DNA of 41,911 bases from Spirochaetales bacterium (GTDB lineage: Bacteria; Spirochaetota; Spirochaetia; Treponematales; UBA12059). This document shows, piece by piece, positions 27,606 to 37,543 of this stretch. Position numbers and translations under genes: made by a program. The notes below the pieces were generated by a model. It ran no database searches. It was not told the origin of the DNA and saw only the letters and a list, made by a program, of their open reading frames with translations. The number at the start of each line of letters is the position of its first letter. The first letter of the stretch is position 1. Location: the NCBI GenBank assembly GCA_016928955.1, contig JAFGJV010000029.1:62001-103911 (forward strand). The letters run 5' to 3'.

Positions 27606-27678
27606 GCGAATAGCGCTAGACAGCACAACACACTTTACGATACAGTTCGGGAGCAGTAGATTTACCCGGAGGACTATC

Positions 27679-29034
27679 ATGCTTCCAACCCTTCTTCTGA
27701 TTTTGTATGGCGTGGTGCTCTTGGGCATAGCCCTGGCAAGCCTCAAGTACAACACGTCCATGGAAAACTACCTGGTCGCGGGACGCTCGCAGCGCAAGCT
27801 CCTGGTCACGGCGTCCATGCTGGCGTCGACCATAGGCGGCGGCATCACCATAGGCACGGTCACCAAGACCTGGACCATGGGCTTTCCCGCCTTCTGGTTC
27901 GTGGCCGCGGGCGGCCTTGCCCACTTCCTGCAGGGCGCCCTATTGTCCCGCCGCGTGCGCGAGACTGAGGCCCTGACCCTGCCTGACATGGCCGTCAAGC
28001 TCAGCGGCCCGGCCCTGGGCACGGCCGCCAGCGTCATCATCATGATCACCTGGGTGGGCATAGCCACCAGCCAGTTCGTGGCCGTGGCCAAAGTGGTAAG
28101 CGCCATCACGGGCCTGGCCCACCAGCCAGCCGTCATAGCGGCCGCCGGCTTCCTGATAGCCTACACGCTGATAGGCGGCCAGAAATCAGTGCTCCGGACG
28201 GACCTGTTCCAGTTCGGGATCCTGGCCGTATCCCTGTTGGGCGCCCTAGCCTGGCTGTACCTGGGCAAGCCACCCGCGGCCGGTAGCGTCGCCATAGAGC
28301 TGTTCAACAAGTCTTTTGGGGTTTTGGACCTGGTCTACTACGTGGTCGTGATGGGCGGTTCGTATTTCATCTGTCCCATGATGTTCGGGCGGCTTTTGTC
28401 CGCCGACAGCCCGGCCAACGCTCGCAAGAGTTCCTTCATGTCCGGCGCCGGCATGCTGCTTTTCGCCTTTGCCATCACCTTCATCGGCCTGTGGGCCAAG
28501 GCCAGCCTGGGCGCGGCCGAGTTGGGCGCGGCCGACCCGCTCAACTACCTTGCCCGCTCGGTATTGCCGCCCGTTCTCGGCACAGTCCTGATCTTCGGCC
28601 TCTTGGCCGCCATCCTGTCCACGGCAGACACGGTGCTCCTTACCGCCGCCGGCGTCCTGGAAAACGACCTCATCAAGCGGAAAAGCGTGGGCGGCGTCCG
28701 CCTGTGGGTGGTGGTCATAGGCATCATAGGTACCGTCATTGCCCTCTTCCAGACGGACATCATCGGCATCCTCATGAAAACCTACAACGGCTACACGGCT
28801 GGCATCGTGCCGGTTTTGTTCGTGGCGATCATGTACAAGGACAAGCGGCGCCTGAGCCCTGCCTGGGGCCTGGCCGCCGTGCTGGTGGGTTACGCCCTGG
28901 GCACGGCCGGCAGCTTTGCACCGGCTGCCTCCGCGTGGGCCAAGCTGCTTCCCCTTCTGGGCCTGATCATGTCCGGCGGCCTGGCCTTGGCGGGCGTGTA
29001 CGTCAAGCGGCCAAGCGTCGATCAGGCGGCCTAG
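27679..29034 (+). CDS. Sodium:solute symporter (SSS) family protein
   Basis: NYLVAGRS, LASTIGGG, YTLIGGQKSVLRTDLFQ, GLLAAILSTAD; about 13 TMs. Confidence 0.92.
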   Translation: MLPTLLLILYGVVLLGIALASLKYNTSMENYLVAGRSQRKLLVTASMLASTIGGGITIGTVTKTWTMGFPAFWFVAAGGLAHFLQGALLSRRVRETEALTLPDMAVKLSGPALGTAASVIIMITWVGIATSQFVAVAKVVSAITGLAHQPAVIAAAGFLIAYTLIGGQKSVLRTDLFQFGILAVSLLGALAWLYLGKPPAAGSVAIELFNKSFGVLDLVYYVVVMGGSYFICPMMFGRLLSADSPANARKSSFMSGAGMLLFAFAITFIGLWAKASLGAAELGAADPLNYLARSVLPPVLGTVLIFGLLAAILSTADTVLLTAAGVLENDLIKRKSVGGVRLWVVVIGIIGTVIALFQTDIIGILMKTYNGYTAGIVPVLFVAIMYKDKRRLSPAWGLAAVLVGYALGTAGSFAPAASAWAKLLPLLGLIMSGGLALAGVYVKRPSVDQAA

Positions 29035-29091
29035 CAGTCCTGCTAGACCTGGCCAGCGTGCGCTTCTATCTGCGCTGAGGAAAACGACCAT

Positions 29092-29130
29092 GCCCCCGTG
29101 TCGCGTCCGCGCGCCGCGGGGGTTTTTGTT
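29092..29130 (+). terminator. Intrinsic terminator after the SSS gene
   Basis: gcccccgtg...cgcgggggt stem followed by a T-rich tail. Confidence 0.7.
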
Positions 29131-29280
29131 GAGTATCTGGAGTAAAAAAAGCCACCAGTTTTGTGCAACCGGTAGCGCGTCGCCTGATCAAACAGTGCGG
29201 GCCACGATCCGCGGCCACCATCATCCCTAAGGGCCCGTGGATCGTCAGGCTGTGTCCATCGTCGACTTTAACTCGACGTA

Positions 29281-29337
29281 TTGACACGCCGTGTCACATA
29301 GGGCATCATCCTGGTGACATTTAGACCTACAATGTCA
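29281..29337 (+). promoter_or_regulatory. fab cluster promoter with two TGACA/TGTCA inverted repeats (candidate operators)
   Basis: TTGACA-17-CATCAT; tgacac-gcc-gtgtca (29282-29296) and tgacatt-N9-aatgtca (29315-29337). Confidence 0.55.
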
Positions 29338-29349
29338 AGGAGTGCGAAA

Positions 29350-30336
29350 ATGTCAGTAGCAATTGTAAGCACAGGCAGCTGCATTCCGGCCCAGCGCGTC
29401 AGCAACGAGGAACTTGCGGCCAGGGTCGACACCACGGACGAGTGGATACGTTCCCACACGGGCATAGGATCACGCCACTTTGCCGAAGATGGCCAGACAA
29501 CCAGTGACCTGGCTGTCAAAGCGGCGCTCTCCGCCATGGAACGGGCCAAAATAGGCCCCCTGGACCTGGACCTGATCGTGGTAGCCACGGCAACGCCGGA
29601 TTACTTCGGCTTCCCGTCCACCGCGTGCATAGTCCAGGACAAGCTGGGAGCCACCAACGCCGCGGCTTTTGACATAAACGCCGGCTGCACGGGCTTCATC
29701 TACGGCCTAGACACCGCCTGGTCCATGCTCCAGTCTGACGGACGCAGGCGCGCCCTGGTGGTGGGCGCGGAGACCCTGTCCCGCATCGTGGACTGGGAAG
29801 ACCGCGCCACCTGCGTACTATTCGGCGACGGAGCTGGCGCGGCCATCCTGGACAAGAGCGACGACTACGGCCAGCGCGGCGTCCTGCATTCCTGGCTCCG
29901 GGCCAAGGGGTCGGGCTCCAAGAGCCTGTACCTCCGCCAGCCCGAGCGCTCGTCGGCGTACCAACGGGATACCAGCTACGACCGGCCGGTCAAGGTTGAG
30001 ATGGACGGCAAGAGCGTGTACATGTTCGCCGTCAAGGCCATCACCGACGTTATGGAAGCTTTGCTTGCCAAATCCGGATTAAGCCTGCAAGATTTCCGCT
30101 GGATAGTGCCCCACCAGGCCAACCTCCGCATCGTGCAGGCCGCGGCCAAACGCTTTGGCCTTCCGGATGAGCGGTTCTACATGAACATCGAAGAATACGC
30201 CAACACGTCGGCGGCGTCCGTGCCCATAGCCCTGGACGAACTGGCCAGCAAGGGCCAGCTCCAGCCGGGAGACCTGGTCATGACCATGGGCTTTGGGGCT
30301 GGCCTGACCTACGGGGGAACCATTATCCGCTGGTAA
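29350..30336 (+). CDS. fabH: Beta-ketoacyl-ACP synthase III
   Basis: DTTDEWIRSHTGI, AGCTGF, VLFGDGAGA, PHQAN, ANTSAAS, GFGAGLT; AGGAG before ATG 29350. Confidence 0.96.
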   Translation: MSVAIVSTGSCIPAQRVSNEELAARVDTTDEWIRSHTGIGSRHFAEDGQTTSDLAVKAALSAMERAKIGPLDLDLIVVATATPDYFGFPSTACIVQDKLGATNAAAFDINAGCTGFIYGLDTAWSMLQSDGRRRALVVGAETLSRIVDWEDRATCVLFGDGAGAAILDKSDDYGQRGVLHSWLRAKGSGSKSLYLRQPERSSAYQRDTSYDRPVKVEMDGKSVYMFAVKAITDVMEALLAKSGLSLQDFRWIVPHQANLRIVQAAAKRFGLPDERFYMNIEEYANTSAASVPIALDELASKGQLQPGDLVMTMGFGAGLTYGGTIIRW

Positions 30337-30419
30337 CCGGGCTCAGTACCGGCATAGTATACGCGGGCGGGACGGGCGGCATCCTTGGCCGGACGCCCGG
30401 CCGCGGGCAGGAGGACATC

Positions 30420-31658
30420 GTGAAGAAGAAGGTTGTCATTACCGGCATGGGCGTCGTGTCGTCCATCGGCAACGATATCGAAACGTTCTGGCGTTCCATC
30501 CATGCGGGCGCAACGGGCGTGGGACAGGTGACCCGCTTTGACGCGTCCAAGCTGGATTCGCGCGTGGCGGCCGAGGTCAAGAATTTCGACCCGTCGCTGT
30601 ACATGGAGAAGAAAGAAGCCAGGAAGATGGCCCTGTTCACCCAGTTCGCGGTGGGCGCCGCCGTGCAGGCATGGCGCGACGCCGGTCTGGACGGCCAGCC
30701 AGTGCCTGCCAAAACGGCCATCATGCTGGGCAACGGCATAGGCGGCCTGGAAATTTTCGAGGAAAGCCACAAAAAGCTCATGGAGTCAGGCCCCTCGCGA
30801 ATGCTGCCCATGACCGTGCCCATGATGATCACCAACGAGGCAGCCGGCAACATAGCCATGCGCCTGGGCATCCACGGCCCCGCGCAGACCCTGGCCACGG
30901 CCTGCGCGTCCGGCACGGACGCCATAGGCATGGCCCTGGATATGGTCCGCTCCGGCCGCGCCGACGTGGTGGTCACGGGCGGCACCGAAGCCGCCGTCAC
31001 CGAGTTCGCCATGGGCGGCTTCTGCATGCTCAAGGCCCTGTCCACCGCTTTCAACGACAGGCCGGAAAAGGCCAGCCGCCCCTTTGACAAGGACCGCGAC
31101 GGCTTTGTCCTGGGCGAGGGCGCCGGCGTCATCATCATAGAGAGCGAGGAGCACGCCAAGGCCCGAGGCGCCCGCATCCACGCCGAGCTGGCAGGGTACG
31201 GAGCGTCATGCGACGCCTACCACCTGACCGCCCCGGACCCCGAGGGCACGGGCGGGGCCGCGGCCATCAGCTTGGCCATAGAAGACGCGGGCCTCAAGCC
31301 GGAAGACATAGACTATTACAACGCCCACGGCACCAGCACCCAGATGAACGACCCCATTGAGACCCAGATGGTCAAGAAGGCCTTCGGCGAGCACGCGCGG
31401 AAAATCCGCGTGTCGTCCACCAAGGGCATGACCGGGCACATGATAGCCGCGGCGGGCGCCGTGGAGGCCATCATATGCGCCCTGGCCATCAAGGAGGGGT
31501 ATTTCCCCGCCACCATAAATCTGGACGAGCCTGACCCTGCCTGCGACCTGGACTACGTGCCCAACACGGGTGTGCCGGGCGCCATCAACGCCGCGGCCAG
31601 CGCATCCCTGGGCTTTGGCGGCCACAACGGCTGCCTGGTGCTGAGGAAGTACCCATGA
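30420..31658 (+). CDS. fabF: Beta-ketoacyl-ACP synthase II
   Basis: VVITGMG, TACASG, SRPFDKDRDGFVLGEG, NAHGTST, TGHMIAAAG, GFGGHN. Confidence 0.96.
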   Translation: MKKKVVITGMGVVSSIGNDIETFWRSIHAGATGVGQVTRFDASKLDSRVAAEVKNFDPSLYMEKKEARKMALFTQFAVGAAVQAWRDAGLDGQPVPAKTAIMLGNGIGGLEIFEESHKKLMESGPSRMLPMTVPMMITNEAAGNIAMRLGIHGPAQTLATACASGTDAIGMALDMVRSGRADVVVTGGTEAAVTEFAMGGFCMLKALSTAFNDRPEKASRPFDKDRDGFVLGEGAGVIIIESEEHAKARGARIHAELAGYGASCDAYHLTAPDPEGTGGAAAISLAIEDAGLKPEDIDYYNAHGTSTQMNDPIETQMVKKAFGEHARKIRVSSTKGMTGHMIAAAGAVEAIICALAIKEGYFPATINLDEPDPACDLDYVPNTGVPGAINAAASASLGFGGHNGCLVLRKYP

Positions 31659-32089
31659 CCGCGGGCCGGGCGGAAATAGAAGGTTTTTTGCCCCACCGCG
31701 ACCCCTTCCTGTTCGTGGACGAGGTGCGGGTTATAGACGCGCATCACATTGAGGCCACACGCGCGTGGAAGGGCGACGAATTCTTCTTCGCGGGGCACTT
31801 TCCCCATTACCCGGTGGTACCCGGCGTCATCCTGGTGGAAACCCTGGCCCAGGCCGGGGGCGTGGGCGTCAAGCTCCAGGGCATCACCGCGGCCGGCACC
31901 TTCTTCCTGGCCTCCGTGGGCAACGTGAAATTCCGGCGCCAGGTACGGCCAGGCGACGTGTTCGAGATGAAGATACACAATCTCAGGGCCAGCGCCCGCC
32001 TGATCAAGCAAAAGGGCCTGGGCTACGTGGACGGCGAACTAGCCATAGAAGCGGACTGGCTGTGCATCGTTGGGGAGGAAACGGCATGA
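31655..32089 (+). CDS. fabZ: 3-hydroxyacyl-ACP dehydratase
   Basis: LPHRDPFLFVD, FFAGHFPHYPVVPGVILVETLAQ, VKFRRQVRPGD; ATGA overlap with fabF. Confidence 0.93.
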   Translation: MTAGRAEIEGFLPHRDPFLFVDEVRVIDAHHIEATRAWKGDEFFFAGHFPHYPVVPGVILVETLAQAGGVGVKLQGITAAGTFFLASVGNVKFRRQVRPGDVFEMKIHNLRASARLIKQKGLGYVDGELAIEADWLCIVGEETA

Positions 32090-33285
32090 TCATCAAACCG
32101 ATGGTTCGCGGCAGTATCTGCGTCAACGCGCATCCGACAGGATGCGAGGTCCTGGTGCGCGACTGGATAGGACGGGCCGTGGCCGCCAAGGCGTCCATGG
32201 CCGAGGCGTCCAAAGCGTCGGGCAAGCCCCTGCCCAAGGCCACCCTGGTCCTGGGCTGTTCCACGGGCTACGGCCTGGCGTCGCGAACCGCCGCCGCCTT
32301 CTCCTGCGGCGCGGCCACGGTTGGCCTGTCCTTCGAGCGCGAGCCTTCGGCCGGCAAACCGGCCAGTCCGGGCTGGTACAACAACCGGGCCTTTGACCGC
32401 GCCGCCCAGGCGGCCGGCCTGTACTCGCTCACCCTGAACATGGACGCGTACTCGGACGAGGCCCGCGCCGAGGTTATACGCCGGGCCCGGCTGGACGGCC
32501 TGCGCTTTGACCAGGTGATCTACTCCCTGGCCAGCCCTGTCCGCCGGGACCCAAAAACCGGGGTTACCCACCGCTCGGCCCTCAAGCCGCTGGGCCAGCC
32601 CTTCAGCGGCACGGCCCTCAACATGCAGACCGGCGAGCTGTCTACCGTCAGCGTCGAACCCGCCGGCCAGGAAGAGGCCGAGGAAACCGTGCGCGTGATG
32701 GGCGGCGAGGACTGGGAGCTGTGGCTCCGCGCCCTGGCCGACGCGGACGTGCTGGCCCGAGGTTGCGTCACCGTGGCCTACTCCTACCTCGGTCCCGAGC
32801 ATACCTGGCCCATCTACCGCCACGGCACCATAGGCAAGGCCAAGGAACACCTAGAGCGCACCGTACACACCCTGAACGGCGCCCTCAAGGACCTGGGCGG
32901 CTCTGCCTACGTGTCCATCAACAAGGCCGTGGTCACCCGGGCCAGCGCCGTGATACCGGTCATACCCCTGTACGTGTCCGCCCTGTTCAAGACCATGAAG
33001 AACCTCGGCATCCACGAGGACTGCGTGGACCAGGCGCTCAGGCTGTACCGCGAGCGCTTCCTGGCCCAGGGCGGCATACCCGTGGACGATGAAGGCCGCA
33101 TACGCCTGGACGACTGGGAACTCCGCTACGACGTCCAGGAGGAAACGACGCGCCGCATGCGCGAGGCCATGACCGGGGACATCGAGGGCCTGACCGACCT
33201 TGCTGGTTTCCGGCGCGACTTCATGCAGGCCCACGGCTTTGACGTGCCCGGGGTCGACTACGGAGCCGATGTCAGTGAACTGTGA
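32086..33285 (+). CDS. fabV: Enoyl-ACP/trans-2-enoyl-CoA reductase (FabV/Ter)
   Basis: MIIKPMVRGSICVNAHPTGC, LVLGCSTGYGLASR, YSLASP, VMGGEDW, catalytic Y-X8-K (YRHGTIGKAK), RIRLDDWE; ATGA overlap with fabZ. Confidence 0.95.
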   Translation: MIIKPMVRGSICVNAHPTGCEVLVRDWIGRAVAAKASMAEASKASGKPLPKATLVLGCSTGYGLASRTAAAFSCGAATVGLSFEREPSAGKPASPGWYNNRAFDRAAQAAGLYSLTLNMDAYSDEARAEVIRRARLDGLRFDQVIYSLASPVRRDPKTGVTHRSALKPLGQPFSGTALNMQTGELSTVSVEPAGQEEAEETVRVMGGEDWELWLRALADADVLARGCVTVAYSYLGPEHTWPIYRHGTIGKAKEHLERTVHTLNGALKDLGGSAYVSINKAVVTRASAVIPVIPLYVSALFKTMKNLGIHEDCVDQALRLYRERFLAQGGIPVDDEGRIRLDDWELRYDVQEETTRRMREAMTGDIEGLTDLAGFRRDFMQAHGFDVPGVDYGADVSEL

Positions 33286-33585
33286 CCCCGCGCCGTCCGG
33301 CCGCAAGCCGGGCGGATGCTCAAAGAGACCTGCCGCCGCCGCGTCCAGACCGCACAGCCACAAGGAGGTACCAGGAACGGAGTAGCCCCCTGCCTACGGA
33401 TACACCCCGGCCAGCCACCGGGGTCATGCGGCCGGATGCCCGATGGGCGGCCGGCCGGCCCGCCGACGCGACGGCGGGCGGGGCGCCGTTTTGGCGCCGG
33501 CTATGCGGATACTGGCGCGACGGTTCTTTTTTTCGCGGCACCGGGGCGCTTGCCCCGATGCCGCGTTTTCTGTTTTCCTGTACCC

Positions 33586-34320
33586 ATGAACATACTGATC
33601 CTGGACAAAGGCGAGCGGGAGTGTTTCCTTCCCCGGGGCGACCGGAGAGCCGACCACATATTGACGGTACTCCGCAAAGGCCCAGGCGACGAGCTGGCTG
33701 CCGGCTGCCCGGACGGCGCCGTGGGTAGCGCCAGGATCACGGCCGCCGGACCCGAGGGCGTGGCGCTGTCCTTTACGCCGGAAGGGCAGGCGCCCGCTCT
33801 CCACCCCGTGGTCGTCCTTTTGGGCTTCCCCAGGCCCATACAGGCCCGCCGCATACTCAAGGACCTGGCCAGCCTGGGCGTGTCTCGCGTCGTCCTGTGC
33901 GCCACAGAACTGGGTGAAAAATCGTACATGAAAAGCGACCTCGTGGCCAAAGGCGAGTATCTGGCCCTGGTGCGGGAAGGCGCGGAGCAGTCGGCCAATC
34001 CGCGCCTCATGGCCGTGGATACGGCATGGACCCTGGCCCGCGGGCTCGCGGCCCTTGGCCCGGCCACGGCCGGCGGCCGCCGCTGGTGCCTGGATCCGTA
34101 CAAGGCCGGCGGCATGTTCGGCTCGGCGCCGATCCAGGCCAGCCCTGACGACCCCGCCATCCTGGCCATAGGAAGCGAGCGCGGCTGGACGCCGGGCGAG
34201 CTGGGCGCTCTGGAAACCGCCGGTTTTTCCTTCGCGCGGCTGGGCGAGCGCATACTCAAAACCGAGACAGCCGCCACCGCGGCCGTGGCCATAAGCCTGT
34301 CCAGGCTGGGTCTGGGCTGA
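33586..34320 (+). CDS. rsmE: 16S rRNA m3U1498 methyltransferase (SPOUT)
   Basis: HILTVLRKGPGD, EGAEQS, LAIGSERGWTPGE, LGERILKTETAA. Confidence 0.88.
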   Translation: MNILILDKGERECFLPRGDRRADHILTVLRKGPGDELAAGCPDGAVGSARITAAGPEGVALSFTPEGQAPALHPVVVLLGFPRPIQARRILKDLASLGVSRVVLCATELGEKSYMKSDLVAKGEYLALVREGAEQSANPRLMAVDTAWTLARGLAALGPATAGGRRWCLDPYKAGGMFGSAPIQASPDDPAILAIGSERGWTPGELGALETAGFSFARLGERILKTETAATAAVAISLSRLGLG

Positions 34321-34394
34321 ATACCGTCCGGCGCGCGCTTTCCTGCGCAAAACGACTATGCCCGGAGCCGGACCGGTGATAGAATCTTGACTCT

Positions 34395-35624
34395 ATGGAA
34401 CAAGCATCCCTGGGCCAGGCCACGGACGCCATCCTTGCCCTCCTAGCCCCCCTCCGCGGCTTTCTCCTGGCCCTGGACGGCCAGGACCGTATCCTTGGCG
34501 TCATGCCGGATACCGATCCCCTGCCCGGCCTCCCCAAGGACAAGCTGACCGGTCGCGAGCTGATACCGGCCCTGGGCGCCGACTTTGTGCGCGTGTACGA
34601 CGGCAAGCACGGCTGGGACGAGCTGGGCTACTTCCTGGACGGCACGGGCGACCGGCGGCCGTACCAGGTCAGGCGCTTCCCCGCCGCGGGCAGCGTGCTC
34701 AGGTCCCTGTACCCACAGGCGTCGTCCTTCATGCTCGCGTCGCCCCTGAGCGCCTACGGCGCCCTTGAGCACCTGCACCAGAAGTCCCTGGCCGAGCACG
34801 CGCTGGAGCTTGAGGCCATGAACCGGAAGCTGGTCCGCAGGGGTCGGCGCCTCAAGAAGACCATGGACGTGCTCAAGGCCAGGAACCGGCAGATAGTCAA
34901 CGAGCTCAACCTGGCCGTGGAGCTCCAGAAGAGCCTCCTTCCCAAGGCCTATCCGGACACCGAGCTCTTGAGCTTTACCCACCGCTACATACCCCTGGCC
35001 ATGGTCGGGGGCGACTTCTTTGACATTGTCCAGCTGTCGGACGAGCGCTTTGGCGTGATGGTCAGCGACGTGTCCGGTCACGGCGTGGCCCCGGCCTTCA
35101 TCACGGCCATGATACGCAGCTCGTTCGACTACCTGGTGCAGAAGGAAGAAACGCCATCGGCTGTCCTGGCCGGCATCAACGCAGAGTTTTCCAAAACCAT
35201 AGACACCGACCATTTTGTCACGGCCTTTTACGCCGTGTTCGACTTTGCCTCCATGACCTGCACGTTCTGCAACGCCGGCCACCCGCCCCAGCTCATAGCC
35301 CGGCGCGACGGCGGCTTTACCGAGCTTTCTCCGTCCTGTCCGGTCATAGGCCTGTCGGAACGCAGCGCGTACAGCGACCAGACGGCGGCCTTCGGCTACG
35401 GCGACGTCCTGTGCTTCTACACGGACGGCGTGATCGAGTCGCGGAACGCATCGGGCGACATGTTCGGAGTGGAAGGCGTCAAGGCGACGATAGCGTCGTC
35501 CATCACCGAGGGCGTGGACGGCATGGCTGACAGGCTCCTTACCGACCTCATAGGCTTCCTCAAGGATCCCTGTTTCGAGGACGACATCACCATCCTGTTT
35601 GGCCAGGTCCTGGACAGCCTGTAA
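34395..35624 (+). CDS. PP2C-type (SpoIIE/RsbU-like) serine phosphatase with N-terminal sensor-like region and coiled coil
   Basis: LQKSLLP, VGGDFFD, SDVSGHGV, NAGHPP, FYTDGVIE, DDIT. Confidence 0.92.
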   Translation: MEQASLGQATDAILALLAPLRGFLLALDGQDRILGVMPDTDPLPGLPKDKLTGRELIPALGADFVRVYDGKHGWDELGYFLDGTGDRRPYQVRRFPAAGSVLRSLYPQASSFMLASPLSAYGALEHLHQKSLAEHALELEAMNRKLVRRGRRLKKTMDVLKARNRQIVNELNLAVELQKSLLPKAYPDTELLSFTHRYIPLAMVGGDFFDIVQLSDERFGVMVSDVSGHGVAPAFITAMIRSSFDYLVQKEETPSAVLAGINAEFSKTIDTDHFVTAFYAVFDFASMTCTFCNAGHPPQLIARRDGGFTELSPSCPVIGLSERSAYSDQTAAFGYGDVLCFYTDGVIESRNASGDMFGVEGVKATIASSITEGVDGMADRLLTDLIGFLKDPCFEDDITILFGQVLDSL

Positions 35625-35632
35625 TGGTGCGT

Positions 35633-36472
35633 TCAGGCGCTTCCCGCGGGCACCGCTAGTCCCGCAAGGGCGTCCATGACCCGGTCTATGAGGCCGAACG
35701 CATCATCCGTGTACAGGGCGGGCACGTCGTCGCGGCTGTGGAGTAAGCGCCAGGTGTACGGCATAGACTCAGGCGGCCACTCCAGCGACGCCCAGGGAGG
35801 CAGGCCGTCCTTGCCGCTGAGTTCGGCCGCCTCGTCTGCGGGCAACACAGTCAGCTGCAGGGCGGGCACACCCGCGCGCAGGAAGCCCAGGTCCTCGCCA
35901 AAAGGCACCCGCGCCCTGAACACCCGGCGGCCCAGGGCTCTGGCCAGGGCGGCCGACATGCCCTCAACCTCCGCGGAAAGCGCTGCCATGGCCCCGCCTT
36001 CCTGTCTGAGGGCCGCCGCCGATGACGACGACACCAGGGTGTCGCCCCGGCCGGTCACGTCCAGCGTGAATACCAAGGGCCTGTGTATGCCCAGGGAGCC
36101 GAAGGCTTGCCCCAGGGCATAGGCGCCCTGCTCGGTTGCCGGGCGGCCAGACAGCTCCTCGTGGTCAGTGAACACCACGGAGAGATTCAGGGAAGGCCGC
36201 TCGGCCACAAGCCAGGACCAGAGCTGAAGGCAGGCGGCCGAGTTGTCCAAGGCGCCCTGCGTGCCGGGCACGCGGTCGTAATGGGCGGTAACCACCTTGG
36301 ACCGCCAGCGCCCGTCGTGCTCGACCTTCCGCGGCCGGGCAACCACAAAGGACCCCGCCTGGGTGCGTAGCACCGTGAACCCTATACCCGACCCGCCCAG
36401 GGCTGTCTCAAGGACTGAGCAGCGGTCCGCGTCCGGTTTCAGGAAACCGTGGAACCAGCCGGGCAGGCTCAC
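35633..36472 (-). CDS. M28-family zinc peptidase-like protein
   Basis: VTAHYD, GALDNSAA, FTDHEE, LDVTG and a C-terminal LHSRDD. Confidence 0.8.
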   Translation of the reverse strand: MSLPGWFHGFLKPDADRCSVLETALGGSGIGFTVLRTQAGSFVVARPRKVEHDGRWRSKVVTAHYDRVPGTQGALDNSAACLQLWSWLVAERPSLNLSVVFTDHEELSGRPATEQGAYALGQAFGSLGIHRPLVFTLDVTGRGDTLVSSSSAAALRQEGGAMAALSAEVEGMSAALARALGRRVFRARVPFGEDLGFLRAGVPALQLTVLPADEAAELSGKDGLPPWASLEWPPESMPYTWRLLHSRDDVPALYTDDAFGLIDRVMDALAGLAVPAGSA

Positions 36473-36474
36473 GC

Positions 36475-37506
36475 TCAGGACGAGGCTCCCGCCGGGGCGG
36501 CGCTGGAACCCCTGACCACCAGCTCAAAGGCCATGACCACCTGGCCCGCCGGGGCGCCGCCAAGCATGCCAAGGACCATGCGGCCGGCCTCATACCCCTT
36601 CTTGAAGCTGGGCTGGCGTATGGTGGTCAGTCCCGGCCGTACCAGGCGGGCCATTTCTATGTCGTCAAAGGCCACAACGCTGAGATCCGCGGGTATGCGC
36701 ACCCGGCGCTCGTCGCACAGCTCGTATATGCCCATGGCCACGATATCGGCCATGGCCACGATGGCGCTTGCGCTCCCGTCCGCCAGGATGCTGGCGGCCG
36801 CGTCCCTGCCGCCCTGCAGGGAACACTCCGCCGAGTATATCGCCACGTCCGAAAGGCTCAGGCCGGTCTCTGCCAGGGCCCGCCCGAACCCGGCCATGCG
36901 GCGGTCGCGCACCAGGCTGGACCGTTCCTCCGGCGGGTTGTACGACTCGGACTCAAGTTCGACCACGGCCACCTTCCTGTGCCCCAGGCCCAGCACGTGG
37001 TTCATCAGGGCGTAGGCCGCTGCCTCGTCGTCTATGCCCACGTTGGCCATGCTCGGCGACGGCTTGCCGTCTATGGTCACCAGGGATATGTGCCGCTTCC
37101 TGATCAGGTCGACGATGGAGTGGTCGGGGCCAACGCCTATGGCCATGATGGCATCCACGGCGGCCCGCCTTGCAGCCTCAGCGGGCTTGCCCCGAATGGG
37201 CGGCACTATCAGGAGGCTCACCTCGTGTTCCAGGCAGGCCGCCCCTATGCCCTGGAGGAGCTCAGTCAGGTAGGGATTCTTCAGGGCCTCGTGCATGGGC
37301 TGGGGCAGTAGGAGCCCCACGGAACCGGTTCGTTTGGTGGTCAGGGTGCGGGCCACCGGGTCGGGTATGTAGCCGAGCTCGGTGGCTATCGCCATGACCC
37401 TCTCACGGGTTTCCTTGGATATTTTCTGCGGGTCGTTGAACGCGAAGGAGACCGTTGTCTTGGATACGCCGGCTCGCTCGGCTATGTCTTTGATCGTTAT
37501 GCGCAT
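36475..37506 (-). CDS. LacI family transcriptional regulator
   Basis: ITIKDIAERAGVSKTTVS, LGYIPD, IPADLSVVAFDD, LTTIRQP, LVVRGS; GGAGGA before ATG 37506. Confidence 0.95.
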   Translation of the reverse strand: MRITIKDIAERAGVSKTTVSFAFNDPQKISKETRERVMAIATELGYIPDPVARTLTTKRTGSVGLLLPQPMHEALKNPYLTELLQGIGAACLEHEVSLLIVPPIRGKPAEAARRAAVDAIMAIGVGPDHSIVDLIRKRHISLVTIDGKPSPSMANVGIDDEAAAYALMNHVLGLGHRKVAVVELESESYNPPEERSSLVRDRRMAGFGRALAETGLSLSDVAIYSAECSLQGGRDAAASILADGSASAIVAMADIVAMGIYELCDERRVRIPADLSVVAFDDIEMARLVRPGLTTIRQPSFKKGYEAGRMVLGMLGGAPAGQVVMAFELVVRGSSAAPAGASS

Positions 37507-37543
37507 GATGTCCTCCGGGAGCACGGCGGTGGGTCCACGCACG

